Shown: in pieces, positions 47,813 through 48,318 of the stretch
Numbering within the stretch: the stretch's first letter is position 1
How the letters are laid out: each line of letters starts with the position of its first letter
Origin: Sphingobacteriales bacterium
Lineage (GTDB): Bacteria > Bacteroidota > Bacteroidia > Chitinophagales > JADIYW01
Length of the DNA stretch: 48,318 bases
Assembly (NCBI GenBank): GCA_043757615.1
Contig: JAYVPA010000181.1
Span: 1 to 48,318, forward strand
Direction: 5' to 3'
Position numbers and translations under genes: made by a program
The notes under the pieces: generated by a model
The model's input: only the letters and a program-made list of their open reading frames with translations
Database searches by the model: none
What the model was told of the DNA's origin: nothing

Positions 47813-48318
47813 TTAGTTTTTAGGATTTACAATGGAAATTTTGCTGCCGGTCGTCAGGTTGATTTGTCCGCTCGTCACTATTTTCTCGCCCGGCGTCAGG
47901 CCATTCAGAACAACTACATTCTGTCCGATTTCCTCGCCTAACACTAATTTTCTTACCGCAATATTATTTCCATTCACTACATATACATAAGGATTTTTCA
48001 CGCCTTCCACCAAAGCGATTTTTGGTATCTGCAAAGCTTCAGCAGGTTTTTTAAAACTGAATTTTACATTTACATAAGTGCCTGCTTTATAACCGTTGTT
48101 TGGTATTTCCACTTCCACTCTGTAGTTGTGGTTTTCATCACCTTTCGGCGCGATATATTTAATAATCCCTTTCGTTAATTTATCAGGAAATACGCTCGAA
48201 GAAATCTGTGCTGCCTGACCTAATCTTAAATCATAAATATTTGCTTCGCTTACAAACACAATCGCTTTCAATACAGACACATCCATAATGGTTGCGATAG
48301 GTGTTCCCGGGTTTATAA
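47813..48318 (-). CDS. Efflux RND periplasmic adaptor (membrane fusion protein), C-terminal part; 5' end lies outside the window
   Basis: The reading frame stays open upstream of the listed Met to the window edge (...INPGTPIATIMDVS...). Beta-barrel/MP domain motifs are present, and it lies immediately upstream of the RND pump. Confidence 0.85.
   Translation of the reverse strand, partial: INPGTPIATIMDVSVLKAIVFVSEANIYDLRLGQAAQISSSVFPDKLTKGIIKYIAPKGDENHNYRVEVEIPNNGYKAGTYVNVKFSFKKPAEALQIPKIALVEGVKNPYVYVVNGNNIAVRKLVLGEEIGQNVVVLNGLTPGEKIVTSGQINLTTGSKISIVNPKN

Overview
AT-rich chromosomal segment (mid to upper 30s % GC by eye) from a Bacteroidota bacterium. The phylum call rests on gldA/gldF/gldG, a T9SS C-terminal sorting domain, TAnnTTTG-type promoter boxes and TTG/GTG starts. 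About 40 tightly packed genes sit on both strands, almost all housekeeping or envelope functions: Nif3 plus a zinc-ribbon protein, the GldAFG ABC transporter, a GT4 glycosyltransferase, a putative porin, a PcrA/UvrD helicase, an orphan OppC-like permease, Psd, an M16 peptidase, a secreted non-specific nuclease, two tandem long-chain acyl-CoA ligases, an AddA/RecB-like helicase-nuclease, an aldose epimerase, a divergent TetR-AlkB pair, TlpA, GrpE-DnaJ, an ABC-2 exporter pair, a 10-unit TPR lipoprotein, GalE, RfbA, an OmpR-type two-component pair, a T9SS esterase, an LMW-PTP, an FKBP and an RND efflux pair. I found no rRNA, tRNA, CRISPR array, transposase, integrase or phage genes. The only clear accessory insert is a ~2 kb type II restriction-modification pair at 42514..44513, in which a BsuBI/PstI-family endonuclease is paired with a C5-cytosine methyltransferase. 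I do not see a convincing new multi-gene system. The most unusual signals are non-coding. (i) Two copies of a long palindromic CATAG-rich element with shared termini each split a normally tightly coupled gene pair (gldF|gldG and response regulator|kinase). (ii) GC-rich perfect palindromes occur, including one inserted in frame in an acyl-CoA ligase paralog. (iii) Nested palindromes lie upstream of and inside the grpE-dnaJ operon. (iv) Six of eight convergent gene junctions have 0-8 nt of spacer. All family assignments come from motif recognition by eye and need HMM/BLAST confirmation.
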